A stretch of DNA of 63,843 nt, the filler included, from Aplysia californica (lineage: Eukaryota): assembly GCF_000002075.1 (NCBI RefSeq). It is 3 parts of 3 records of this genome, joined end to end, with 100 filler letters (N's around TTAATTAATTAA, not from the genome) between each part and the next. Parts side by side here need not be neighbours in the genome. Positions count along the whole stretch, not along the records: positions 25,421 to 53,198 come from NW_004798213.1; 2 more parts are not named here. The stretch is one strand, 5' to 3'. The notes under the pieces were generated by a model. That model was not told the origin of the DNA. It ran no database searches and saw only the letters and a program-made list of their open reading frames with translations. Made by a program: the position numbers and the translations under genes. Shown here in pieces: positions 25,421-39,800 of the stretch (positions are counted from its first letter, which is position 1; every line of letters begins with the position of its first letter).

Positions 25421-27719
25421 GCATGACTTATAGATGAAGCCTACTTCGCACTATCTACCAAATTAATGAAATAATGAAAGCTAAACAATGTTCTTTGAAC
25501 ACCAGTCAGCGAGTCCGGCATAGGTGTTCTATTCCAGGTTTCTGTGGCTGTGCTCCTAAAGGCTCACATAAAGCAGAACCTCTGAAAAGACCATACGGTG
25601 TTGAAAGAGGCGATCACTCATAAAATAGTTCTCACCTAGTAAACTACAGATACTCACCGTTCTAAACATTATATTGCGTGTCATTAATATTATATTATGA
25701 GAATACATAACAACATGAATAATAGTAATACGTTATCGAAGACTCGTCGACAGTGTCTGTGATGTTTCGGAAAGTTTTCGACGCCGGCCGTAACACGCGT
25801 TCGATACCTACGCAGGAAAGTCTGTTTTATCGAGTATCTTCGTTTTTCTGCTGAGGTATTGTATCCCATTCAGTTCGGGTTTGCTCTGACAGACAGGTAG
25901 CTTCGAAGCATCCGGCCTTCTTAATCGTCTAGGTAGTGTCACAAAGGGCGAAGACAACCTGCTATGAATCATTCGCGAAGGTACGGTCACTATAGAGAAG
26001 TATCTAGAACTAAAATGCCAAAGGTTCCTGGCACTTACAGTTTTCCACTGACTAACCGAAGAGCTCATAGCGATATAAATAAAAATATTTTTTAAAAAAA
26101 AGTAAAAATCATCTTACACAACAATATACCAAAACGATGGCAAACATGGAAAAAAAAATATCCGCTTATTTTTGTGCAGTGAATCTGAAATTGACCAGCA
26201 CGTTGAATGAGCACTGTCAGAATGAAGTTGCATTGCTTGATTCCGGGTAGACCAGTAGTTATCAAAATTCCTCGACGCAAGTATCAGGTGTGGTCGACAA
26301 CGGATTGCCACAGTGACAATGAATTCCAGAAGAACCAATTGATTGTTCTTACCACGGCAGCACAAAAAAAGCAACCGTCTAAAAATAACCTACAACTGCC
26401 TCGGGCTATAGCAAAAAACAAGACTACCAAAGTTCAACAATCGTTTGTTCGATGTTAGCATAGGAAACCAAACATTTTCACGGTGGTGATCGTGATAAAG
26501 GTGAACATTTTGTTGGCGAACTCCAATCTTCAATGAAATCAGCGAAGGATGACAACAAGATGAGGGAATGAAACGTAATTATGAGTGTTATGGGGTTACA
26601 AAGCAAATGTGAGCGATTTCCAACATCTAAAAACCCAAAACAATCCATAGGTGATGATGTAGTTAAAAAACAGTCATTTGAAACAGTCAAGGGAAGAAAC
26701 AAAAGAGTAAAAAGCAAATTCACTCAACATAATTCATTACGGTTGTGTGACTGTAATTTAGTGGAGCACACCGAAGCGTCCTGTCTGACGGCAACGGAAG
26801 CCAGATTGCAATGACAGACCAATCAAAATTGTGAGTTGTTTCCAGGCAAAAAGAAAGAGTCGCAATAAGGCGCAGAGAAGCTTTCGTACAGCAGCATGCG
26901 CCTGCTTATAACATTATTATGGTCAAGTATAGTACAATAACATTTTCTGGATGCTACAGTTTCCTGTGTAATGGTGGCTCTTTACGTGTATCTATACACA
27001 TATGTACTGCATCACTCTTGTCAGTACGGAATTATGAATACAGATCCATTTATGCAAGATTTCTATTGAATAATATTTTGAGAAGAAAAAAAAAACAGAC
27101 TCGTCTTCTAGGATATAACGATGGCTGTAGATTCTCACGATGGTGTCAAATGACTTACAGCCAGAAACAGGACTTATCCCCAGCTCTAATTGGCGATTAA
27201 TGTTCCAATACGTGAAATTTTAGGAAACAGTTTCCAAATCATGAGGGGAAGAGGGAAACAAAATAATTAAAATTAAAGATGAGGGGGTAGGGGTGGGGCG
27301 GGTTGGGTGTTTGGTGGGGGTGGGGTGGGGAGGGGGAGGGGGGGGCTGATAGTGAGGGAGGTGGTTGAATACTTGTTGACAGTTAGAGAATGTTTAGGTG
27401 GGTGGAGGGTACACCCTCAGGAATCAAACTGATCGTAACATGGCTGGCACAGCTCACTGTGTCACATTTGTCTGATGACATTAATACAATGGACAAAACT
27501 TTTGGAAATGTTACAGGGTTGGGACAATGTGGTAAAAAAAACAACAACAAAAAACAACAACAACAACAACCTAAACCAACTATGTGCAATGTGCGAGTGG
27601 GATTGATTTGTCAGATCAGGGGAGTCCACCAAATTGGAGAAGGAAGGAGGGAAGACAACCGGTGTCAACTCCACCTACCCTCCCGTGTCTGTGGCCATGG
27701 AGTAAATTCCCTTGACGAG

Positions 27720-27821
27720 CTACTCTCGGTAGTAGTCCGGGTTGTTCTTCGCCTTGGCGATCGTCCTTCTTAGTTTACGACGAAGGTCTGACACGGGTCT
27801 GTTATCAGGATCTCCACCGGC
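27720..27821 (-). CDS. distal terminal exon: [33 protein letters not shown]
   Basis: ctgcag acceptor, phase 0, TAG at 27720-27722; basic amphipathic helix. Confidence 0.8.
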   Translation of the reverse strand, partial: AGGDPDNRPVSDLRRKLRRTIAKAKNNPDYYRE

Positions 27822-30800
27822 CTGCAGATGACCAACCCACCCGTTACAACTACTGGACCATAATGCAGTGATTGGCGCTCGGTCATGAAAAGATTATGGA
27901 GTAGGCCTACCTTATAAGCATTACACATTTATTGTTATTTTTTCGGGCATAATCAGTTGCAATTGAACTATAGACTACGGAAACGTTAAAAACAACTGAA
28001 AAATAATAAGTTTTTGAAAGGTGCACCAAGTCCTGCACACTGTAATAAGATTATGAATCTGACAGCATTATTTGAAAGGAGTGACGCTCTTAACTTAGCT
28101 TATACATCGACAATAAGAAAAGATTAATGCCCACTCACTCTCTCTCCGAAAAAACTAAATTATGAACAGATGAATAGCTTTTCTAGATACACGAGAAAAC
28201 AAGATAAAATCGCCAGAGCAGTTGTACAAGCCAAAGGGCTCTAATGTGTTGGCAGGAAAATCAGATGCTGCTCAATATTGTCGCAGCAATTTGATTGCAT
28301 TAAACTTTGAAGTTAATTAAGTAAGCTTCTTCTTGTCAATGTTACGGTATTGTTGTAATACAAACGAGTCCAACTTTAAGTCAGCATATAATCATATCAT
28401 AACTTAGTTCAAATTCTAAAGTCAAAGACTATACTGTATGTGTATCCTTTAGCTCCGACCAAAGTGAAGTTCTAACAAAGCGCGGCAAAAGCACAAGAGC
28501 CAGCAGTTGTAACAGTGCGGACGCAAGCAATACAAGAACATGTTAAGCAAACATACATCATTTAGCTCAAAAGAGAGAAAAAAGAAATAATTGCATCTGA
28601 TAAAGATCTGGCGGTACCATTAATATCAACAAATAATGAATAGTAGCATTCATGCTTTCAGAGAAATTTGTTTAGATTTATAAGAAAATGCATGTATTGT
28701 AGTATTGTAACCACATAGAATAAATAAACAAAACATTCATTCCCTGAAGTATTGTAATATATAGTCTGTAACCGAATATTTGGTCTGAGAAAGAAAAAGA
28801 TGGACAGGAAAGAAGCAAAAAGCGCAAAGTTACGTGTTTAAGAATAAGCGTTAGAAAGAGACAATACATGTGCTGTCTGTGATAGGCATCTTGTGCTAAG
28901 AATGATAACATGCAAAAAAACATCTCACAAAAGTAAGGCCAATATAATAATCAATATAAAATTTTAAGTGTGCATAGTAAGAGCAAACCAGAAATAGACT
29001 CGTACAAATTTTAAAAAAAAGAAAAGAAAACGTGCATTGGATAAAATGTAGAATCATGCACTGGTTGATACAGAAAACAGTTAAATGAATCAAATTATGT
29101 TAGGAAACCAATTATGACATTTACAGCAAAGCGAGGTTATAGTGTGTGTTATTATTTTTTTTTTCTTTTACCTCCACGAACTATTTAAGAGCAGGAAGTC
29201 CTTCTTTGTGGAAAGGGAAAAGAATATCATCAGTGGTGGTTAAAACGTGTAAGGGGGGGGGGGGGGGGATTTGCATGGAAGCAATAGTGGATTCACCACG
29301 AGCTATGAGCCCGAGCTTGTATTTTTTGACAAAGTTAATTTACAACAACCGTTTATGTGTTGTGTATTCTTTACGAGGCAAAACAGGGAACCAGGAGCAC
29401 GTGGTGTGGTTGGTGGAGGGGGAAAGTGGAGAAATAGGTGAAAACAGGGGATGGGGTAGACAGGAGGGTGATTGTGACAAGCAAAGTGGTCGGTATATAT
29501 ATATNNNNNNNNNNNNNNNNNNNNNNNNNNNNNNNNNNNNNNNNNNNNNNNNNNNNNNNNNNNNNNNNNNNNNNNNNNNNNNNNNNNNNNNNNNNNNNNN
29601 NNNNNNNNNNNNNNNNNNNNNNNNNNNNNNNNNNNNNNNNNNNNNNNNNNNNNNNNNNNNNNNNNNNNNNNNNNNNNNNNNNNNNNNNNNNNNNNNNNNN
29701 NNNNNNNNNNNNNNNNNNNNNNNNNNNNNNNNNNNNNNNNNNNNNNNNNNNNNNNNNNNNNNNNNNNNNNNNNNNNNNNNNNNNNNNNNNNNNNNNNNNN
29801 NNNNNNNNNNNNNNNNNNNNNNNNNNNNNNNNNNNNNNNNNNNNNNNNNNNNNNNNNNNNNNNNNNNNNNNNNNNNNNNNNNNNNNNNNNNNNNNNNNNN
29901 NNNNNNNNNNNNNNNNNNNNNNNNNNNNNNNNNNNNNNNNNNNNNNNNNNNNNNNNNNNNNNNNNNNNNNNNNNNNNNNNNNNNNNNNNNNNNNNNNNNN
30001 NNNNNNNNNNNNNNNNNNNNNNNNNNNNNNNNNNNNNNNNNNNNNNNNNNNNNNNNNNNNNNNNNNNNNNNNNNNNNNNNNNNNNNNNNNNNNNNNNNNN
30101 NNNNNNNNNNNNNNNNNNNNNNNNNNNNNNNNNNNNNNNNNNNNNNNNNNNNNNNNNNNNNNNNNNNNNNNNNNNNNNNNNNNNNNNNNNNNNNNNNNNN
30201 NNNNNNNNNNNNNNNNNNNNNNNNNNNNNNNNNGGGGTGGGGCAGGGGTGGGGTGGAGGTTGGGAGGTGGGGGTTCATCCCAAAGTCGTGGTGGTGTAAG
30301 TAAGCACATGCCAAGCCAACACTTACAGCATAATAAGCAGGTATTTTTACCGAACTGCCTCCTTCGCTCCTGCAGATACAGAATGATGAGTTGTTTTTGT
30401 TTTTGTTTTTACCAATGCACAGAGAGCAACAGCAGCGGGCGGCAACAAGAAGGCTTGCAGCAATAATAACCACAAGTTATTCAATGGCATTGTGTTAGTC
30501 ACTTGCGTATCTGCCAAGTAGTTAACAGGCGCTTTCCTTTAATGACGTACATACTCGTCTGTTGTTCTAAAACACTGCTTAGCTTTTAAAAGCCCCCTTA
30601 TCACAAAAGCAAACTGACAGCGCGATTTAATTCTTGATTTTTATAAACCAAATGTACAAGTACTAGCAGAATACACACACTAAAAGTTAATTTAAAAAGA
30701 AGGCAACTGAAAAGTTCAACGTGTCATAGATTAAGTGTTTTTTCTAATACATGGAGTGTGGTAACTGGAACTGCGAGGGTAAAAAGGGAAAGCTGATTTT

Positions 30801-33800
30801 GTATTGGGGTCTTCCACTCTGCTTCTACGCTTCTCGAGATTTTGTAGGCGTCAGAAAAATCAAACACATTTATAAGTATGGGCTTGCAACAGGTGTGTTA
30901 ACTGTAAGTGTACGTATAATGAGTTACAATGAACGTGGTTTTAGGATATCAGACTGAAGTAAAAATAAGAATTGGCGTTGAACTGTTTTTGAACACCAGA
31001 GTCTGATGGCAGTGACGCATATTGTAATAACTTTCAAGTTGAAAAACCCCAAAGGAATTAGCTTTGAGTTAAACATTATATTATCAACATCAACATCTGG
31101 AGACGCCAGAACCAAACGGCGTGATTAAGTCTTAGTTTAACAAATCTGTTCAGCAATATAAAAATAAATATTTCATAGTTACACGTTGAGGTATTGACAT
31201 TAGTGAATTTAACATTATTACAGTAAAATAGTATTAATTGTGAACATTCCAACAAGTTAAAGGATCAACCATGCAAATCATTATTGGAAGAGATAGGAAC
31301 CTCTTTAACAAAAACACAACGAACGCTTCTGAATAAAAGTAGGAGAATAATCACATTTCTCTTTCTCTTATTATTTCACATTAATGTGTTTTTTTTGTTT
31401 TGCTTAACTTTTTAAAAGAAAATAATGGTTGGTTTGTCAGAACGTTATGAAAACTGAAGTTTTTGAAACAGAAACAAAAATCTTAAAGAGATACAGAGAG
31501 AGAATGAAAAGCCAAAGAATCTAGAAAAAACAAACGAACGACCTTGCTCGACCTCAAGAAGAGTTTATGCATGAACAATATAATAATAATTATATGTGCT
31601 ACATCTATATGTCCCACAACACAAAAAAGCATCTTGTCTGATAGTACACAAACTAAAGTGGTGAGTAAAAAGGGATCAGAAACAATCATCGAAATTCATT
31701 CATTTGGGCATGCGTTTACGGTCAGAGAGTGCTGGCTCTCGTGGAGCTTGTGATATAATATAATGTGCTGAATTTTGTGGGTTAGGGGGGGGGTAACTCT
31801 TGCAGATCAAAGGTCATTGTCTGGAGATTGGGTATAGGGAGCAATCAAATGGAAGCAACGGACCAGGTGAGTATAACCGGAGAGGTTTTCGGCGGTTTGT
31901 GGTGGGTGGAGTGAGGGGACAGGTTTTATAAGACAGGCGTACGGGATGTCAATGAAAAAAAATGGTTCAGGTGGGTTGGGAAGGGGGTGACTTTTGGGGG
32001 GGGGAGGGGTAAAGTTAAATGCCGAGCTTTTTCGTCGTATTGATACAACTTCGGAGGCTCAGTGAGAGGGAGAGAGGTTCGTAACTTGTTACATAAGGGT
32101 GTCATTGGTATCAATTTTCTCAAACAAATTAATAGGTGTATTCGGGCTTAGGAATGGTCTTAAACAGGGTTTCTTGTTATTTGTCTCTGATGGATGTCAG
32201 AGCAGGTGGGACCAAAGTGGGTAGAGTATGCAATTGTCAAAATTGGATAGATATTATTACTGGGTCATTTCCATGGGCTGACACCGAGATACCTGATAGA
32301 AGCTACGGATGCTTCTTTAAATTTGGTCTCCATTGGATCAGCAATTTTCAGTTTCGGTACAGGATGCAGCCTGGGCGAGGAGAGTCTCACCGGTGGCACG
32401 TAGATGGGAGGGGGGCGTGGTCTAAACACCGGCCGGGCTCGTTTGGCCACCACCCGTCTCAGGCTGGAGCAGGAGTAGCGAGGCTTGGCACAGGAGAGAG
32501 CAGAGAACGGTTAATGTCTGGGCTGATGCCAAACCTAGACATGCCAGAGAGCTTAACTATGCTCCGCGTGGCCCTAGTGCTTGAGTTTTAAGAGGTTTGA
32601 GAGAATCTTTTGTTGAAGTACGAAGTCGTATAAAACACAGAATAATAAAATGTCACTTTGAAGTGAAAGCGGAGAACTTCGTTCCCCAACATATTCACAG
32701 AGGAATTACCCCATTAAGGACGAGAAGAAACTATAATACCTCGGAAACCCGAAAGTTAAACCAGGGTTGACTACTCAGCTATGCCAACAAATATCGCCTT
32801 TTTAAGCGAACAAGTTATCAATTTTTACACCTTATGTATCGAAAGTCTATTGCCAGCTGACGTCTTTAAAGTCAGAAGAGTCGACACCCTTTTGACACTA
32901 ACATACTTACAGAATGTTTTTCATCTTAGCCTAACTAGTCTGTCAATGAACCCCACAAGAGCCACTGCGAGGGACAACTACAAGTCAGATGTCTACACGT
33001 TGGGATACGAGGGAAACTGTTTAGGGACAAAAGACAAGCTCTTTCTACTTGCAGACACAGTAACTATAATACAAAGAACATTTTGATAGAAAACAGGGGG
33101 GAAGCAGGGAGGTGTTTTTTAAAAATTATTCTGTTATACTGTTTTCACTTGACCTAGTTTCTATGTAAGCCATTCATTCGTGCTTGCCAGTGAACTAAGC
33201 TAGGGCAGAAGTTGGGCGGATGAATCTGACATCTCCCGCGGGTAGACATACAAACAATCACTTCCGGTACTACTTTAAACATGATCTGATCTGGCTGTGA
33301 TTTGAACATGGTTATGCCAAGGGGCGAGCCTCTTTTCCGGCAATGCCGAAATGTACCTTAACATTCCCTATAGTATTATAGAGGAGAATGACAACAGAAT
33401 TTATGTGAATGGGATTTGACACAATATTGTCACATTGGAAACTGTGGAGATTGTATTTGTATACCAACACGGGAAATCTCAAATACATCATAGATCTATA
33501 CTTTAAATAAGATGCTTGCAATAAGCAGAATGAACATAAAGTAAACATGTGCATTCAAAAAGAAAAGAAAAACAACCAATAGTGATAGACGTTCCAACGC
33601 TAATAAATGAATGAGTTCCAATACAGAAATAAAAGTACGCTGTGGAGGATGATACAATTAGTATGTACAAGAATTTGAATTAATGTATCGCAGTGGGAAA
33701 TTCCATGCACGGACAGTTTCTTTTTTAAAAAAAAGTGATAATAAATAAACGTTCACACCGGCATCAGATCAGACAGACAGGACCATGCAGCAGGCGCTGA

Positions 33801-36800
33801 GAAAGAAACATAAATTAGTGGGTATGATTTGTATTGCGCATGCACTCCGGCAACCCCTTTTTTGCAGAGAATAGTGGACAGTCACAAGGCTGCTATGATC
33901 GTACTTGCGATAGGTGCTTGTTGACATATTATCAGTGTCAAGGTAGCGATCAAGCAGTTGACGTTGGCGGTCCATCTTTTCTTGCACGTCCCGCACCTGT
34001 TCTCTGAGTCGGATATAACTAGAGGGCTGGTAGATAAGATCGTCAGGGCTGAGCCGGGACTCCACGCGGTACTGTGTACAGGGAGTGGGGGAGGGGGGAG
34101 GGGGAGGGGTGGTCGTCCACACGGGAGGTGGGGGGAGCACGGGAGCACATACATACAATTCGTGTTATGGTTTTGGGGAACACAAGATATGGCTATGGAA
34201 ACTAACTGGGGACATATTCTTATCATATCCAAAATGAGGAGCATTCCATTTCCAGCTGGGTTTTTTTTATTTTTTAAATTTTTACCTAGAGTTCTTTTAT
34301 GCACATTTTCAAATACCCTTAATAACCCGTAACTCTGTTAAGTGGTGTGAAATGCCACAAGCGAACATATCTGCTAACATAACAACTCTGTGATAGAAAG
34401 TCAGTAGCGAAATTTTCAGAAATGTGACAAAACCAAGAGCAAGTTTCTATTTTGGGGAGGTGATACTCTTTTTACAATTACGGTACCATAAAACAAGTTT
34501 AAAGTCTAAGTTTCGAAGACACACGGGTTGTTTTTACAACTTTAAATGATAAGAGGAGCACCAGTAGCATAATAACAGATTACAATTTCTGATCAAAAGA
34601 ATTGAACTTTTTGTCTGATAGAGTATCAAATTAAAAATTGTAAAAGTGTACAAACTTGAAAGTAAAACAACACTTTGGGGTTTACATTTACAGTTGTACA
34701 CTTCCTGGTGACTGGGGTGGGATAACCAAGTTGGATACAGGGAAAGTAATCTTGATGGGTTTTAATACTTTTTTCTTTTCGCATTCAATCTAAATCTATA
34801 TCAACAGGGAACTGTGATGTCAGCAGTAACTAACATATTTCATTCCGCCTTCAGTCGTCTAATAAACAACGGTTTCAGAAACAATGGCAGTCAGTGATCT
34901 ATGAACGCCTATTTTTAACCTTTCAGATGATATCAAATAAAATGGATGCACTACAAAACATTCACACGTGTCTTCGTTTTGAGATATATCTGGGCTGAAC
35001 TTTTATGCCGAGTTCACGACCCAGAAAAAAATGACAGTTGAAATAGATTTATTATTCTTATTCTATAAATGCAACAATGTTGGGCACTTCCTTGTTGTAA
35101 CAAATATAATATTAGGAACTGTATTTCCACACTGAACTATTGCATTAAGCTTTTCCCCATTATACACACACTTTATTCTGATTGCGAGACCCTAGGGGCT
35201 TACCTGCCAGGAATAGACGTTCCTAGGTTTTGTGAAACCGTCTACGTCTCTGATTGCCTTTCTGTCCGATTGTTTTGGCTAGAAGGTGGGAGGTAAAGGA
35301 AAGGGAAGGAGGGATCCAGTCAAAGGGTGATGGGGAACAAATAAGGGAGAACGGCCACTGCACAAAGGTATCATATTTTTGGACACTAAACATATTCCAT
35401 TGTGTACAAAGACAAGGAATGTGGTGTTACAGCCTGCACTTATCAAGCTCAACCCCTCACCCACCGCCCCTTTTCACAATGATCTTCTGCCAGAAAGTCA
35501 GAAAGGGATTAACTTTTGTCGCATACCGGTATCGCCAAAGGATTGGTACGTTCTCAGTCTTAAAGGAACGGAAAGTTCTCGATTGTCTATGTACTCGATG
35601 GATAGACGATATATTTGGAATACTCAGAAAACACTACGGACGTTTTTTTTTCAGGGCACACAACATCAGGTACATAAAGAGAGGGGCGTTTTTTTTCGGG
35701 AGTAATCATCCCCCCACCCCCTCAAGGCCATTAGATATCATCAAAATTTCACAATTCGATTTCAAGTCACTCCAAAGGTGTCTCACGTGAGTCTTTATCA
35801 GTGTCGGAGACATTTCAAACGCCTTTATCTATGAAAAGATAATGGTGGCATTTTCGGTCTTCTTTGCCAGAATACATTGCTACACTATGATGATATTGAA
35901 AGCTCAACGTTGTTTGACTCAGTGTAAGAAACCAAAGTATTTTGACTGGAGTCGGGATGCCAGATCTCACCAAAGTGTTTTTTTTCCATACTGTGAGAAG
36001 GTTTCCTTCGTCAACGAGATTACAGTGACATACATGCAGCTGAGAGAATACAATATACTACTCCGAGCTTCAAATGCTGTCTCGAGCAGATTCGTTTCCA
36101 CATTGTTCTTTCCTTTTCAACGTCCCCTGTCTTCATACCTGTGCTCATTGTAACAGTAAGTTGGGGGGGGGGGGGTGGAGCACTTTTGGAATCGTAAGTG
36201 TGGGCTCTAATACTCACATTGCTATATCAAAACAGTTTGTGTGGGATAATAAGGGCGAGTTATGACTTGAATTCAAAACAGGGTGCTGAGATACTGATGG
36301 GCAATAAGGTGGAAATGCATGCGTTGTGGGGAGCAAAAATGATCTATCGTGACTGGTGTGAGCCTTCATCTGACAAAGTACATTGTCTTACACCTTTTTA
36401 GATAGCAGGACTGCAGGCTTTCTTTGGGGGATGATGTCTTAAACAGACGAGGTCTTAAAGTTTGCTTTAAAAAAACCTCAGTTATTTGTTACTTAGAACT
36501 GTCCTATTAGGTAGTCTTAAGAGTTCTAATTAGACTTCGGCTCAAGGGGTACTACTTTGAAAGAAGGAACGTGGATACAGTCTAAACCCAAAACACAAGT
36601 TCACAGGCAGTCATGCACACACCCACACGTACACACACGCACGCACACAAAGCATACACATGCACACCACACACAGGTGTGTACATAAGCATACACGCAC
36701 CCACCCACATACAGACACACAAACACACAACAACATACACACCACACACACGCGCATACACACATACATACATACACACGCACACACAAACACACATACA

Positions 36801-39800
36801 CACCATCAGGCACACACACACACACACCTCCCCCAAACTTCCTTTCTTTCACCCCCTCCCTACTCTTTAAAGGAATTTCAAATTGTTCACAGTGCAGCTA
36901 CTACTTTTGAAGGTGACCCTCGAATGTGAAATAGTGACCACCCAAAACAATAATTTCTCTTATAAAAGGACACATGGGGAGACACACTCAATCTCACACA
37001 AATGCACACATCTTCACGATTTCTTGGGGATAACAATCGAACAGTACCCTCCCATATTCGTGCGAAATTATAGCAAAGTGGTATCTTTATTCGTGGGAAA
37101 TAAATGGAAAACAGTTAGATCTGTTGGGGAGAAAGCTGATACCTAAAAAGTAGAAGATGAAGTTAAGCTAGGTGCACTGTCAAAATAGTTGCTTATCTCA
37201 ACCAGTTTTGGCCCTTTGTATAATAGAAGAAAAAATGTCGAGTAGATCTATACTTATTTTAGGCTAGTTATAGAGGGCTCTCTGTGTGGTTTAAAGTAAT
37301 AACATTTGCCGTATGGTCTAACTGCGGTTTTTCAGCAAAACTGTACTTTTGTTTCAGTATGGACTGTGGAATGTGTCGTAAACAATTGAAATAAAAATTG
37401 CCAGCATTACATACTTGTTGAAAAAAGAAAAGGAAACACAACGCTATAAAGAGTTTATCGTCGAATAAACAGAATAGCTTTCTTATTTGCTTTTCAGTGT
37501 TTAGGGAATGTGTGTACGAACATGCGCAAAGTCAATGTATTCACGAGGGAGAACTCTAAACTTACCAATGGGGGTCGAGATGCACGGAGGGAACCAGATG
37601 CATTGGCTGGACGATAGTAAACCCCCTCCTGAAAATAGAGAGTTCAGCCTCTACGTAGGAGAATCTACGTCATTATCCCAGCCAGGGACAGTGACCAGAT
37701 TTCGACAAGGGGATGGACGTAGACTTTTCTCATGACTAGATCTATATAATTATTATCATTATTGTTGTTAGAAAATGTTTGTCTAATTATGCTCAGCATT
37801 TCCAACAGAGCAATCAGAGAGGTCAGTGAGAAGTCGTTTAACAAAGGCTAACATATCTTTATATTAATATGAAAAGTGCAGAAATATGCACTTATGAAAG
37901 TTGGGTTGCAAATGGAAAGAGAAGGAATATATTACATTATGGGCTGTGTTGTTCGAAGGTTAATGAAAATAATATTTAAGAACAACACTTATGTTATTCG
38001 TCAGTTTTCGCAATTAGGACTAATATTCAGAAAGCCAGATGTAATGTCAAATATTGCTTGGAGCCTAGGATTTCGGTCTTTTGATTTATCATAGAAACAC
38101 ATGAAAAGCAAAGCAAGTACATGGAGATATTGGAAGATGCAGACAGGGTCACTGTGACGTATCACATTCTAATTAACAAATCATCGAGGGTTGCCAACAG
38201 TGTATCAAGGTGGATTGCATGTCGAGACCTAGCTCAAAATGTGTGAAGCATGAAGAAAACCTCATGAACAAATAGAAATAGAGTTCATTTATAAGCATGG
38301 GGGTAAGCAGAAGGCAAAGTGCTGAAAAAGACATTTGGTGCAAATGTTAAAAGCTGAAAACAAAACTTTATTAATACCACACCAACATAATATTTATGAG
38401 ATTTAAAAAAACGAAACAGAAATAACACACCACCACACTACAGTTTTCACTGCAAGTAATAGTCAGGCATATTGAATATATCACAAGTGTTTTGACAACA
38501 AAAATAGATTAGTGAACATCAATGAAAATGTCAAACCAGAGAAGGAGAGAAAGGCCATGTAAGACATATCACGTCTACTAATGAGATCAAAATCAGAACA
38601 AAGTTGCTTTCACATTTTCTTTTGAAAACAGAATACCATTGTGTGTAAAACAATGAAACACGGATGAATCATGCAAACGAGCTACAAAAAACATAATTGT
38701 CTCAGTAAATGCAATGATGTATTGTGTGAATGCTTAGTCGAAGAAGAAAGAATCACTTTACAAACAGGAACAATGATGCTTAAGGAAGTGGTGATCGCGT
38801 CAAAATATGACTTAGAATGTACAAAAATAACCAATTTGTCAAATATACACATTTCAAATAACATGGAATGTGAAGGTATTTTTACAATATCAATGGGGGA
38901 TGGTAAAACTGTTGCTCCAAGGAAATTAAACTTACACATTGACGATTACTTTTGTCACATTTTACTCTCTCCCATGTTAATATTCTATCCCGTGATGATT
39001 CTGTCCCTTCCCATTGAAGTGTAGGGGCTACACCTTTTTCTATTTTGTAAAATGTCTTGTGCTGGGTAACGACGTTTGTGCATCTGTGGCCATTCTTCAG
39101 TGAACGTAAAAGTTTAAGGAAGCCAAAAAGGGACACACTTATAATTTATTGTAGGAGCAACAGTTTAGACACCAAACAAGGTGTTCACAAAAACAACAAT
39201 TCAAAATATGAAATGTGCTTCGAGCAATGCGCAGTGACTGAAATATACAATTGTCAAGTATACCTTCACGGTACACTGTTTTAGTAGGAAATGAAGCATG
39301 AAAAAAAAGATGAAATAAAAACTAGTAAAATGATATTGGAATAAGGGCCTCTACGCCAGTCGTTCACGGTGTGTTCGGTATGACGTACGACAATAAATAC
39401 GCCCTTGGTTGCCACGGCAACACGAATACACGCATCAATCCCGACTCTGTCTTTCGTATACAAGCATATGCAACCTTCATTCATACCGTCATGGAAACCT
39501 GCGGCTGACATTAAATTCGAATCCAGCACCTATCGTCTGCCCGGCAAAAGTCCGCCTCTGACAGACTCCAAAATCTTCCGACGACTGCCAAAGTGACAGA
39601 TCGGAAGCCAGGCTGAACTTGGAAGACCACGTGACAATGAGCTTACCTCGATGTCCTGAATCTTAAACTCGCGCAGCTTGTCGGCCGCAAACTGCGATCG
39701 GGGTCGCTTGACCTTCTTGGCTCCATCCCCAGCCTCCATTCGGCTTCCGATAATGGCGGCCTGACAGTAGAAGCACAACCCAACATCCATCAGTAAAAGG

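Noticed and set aside
29146-30473. Long ORFs spanning N runs (also in the 56-61 kb region)
   Set aside because: Artefacts of gaps and microsatellites.
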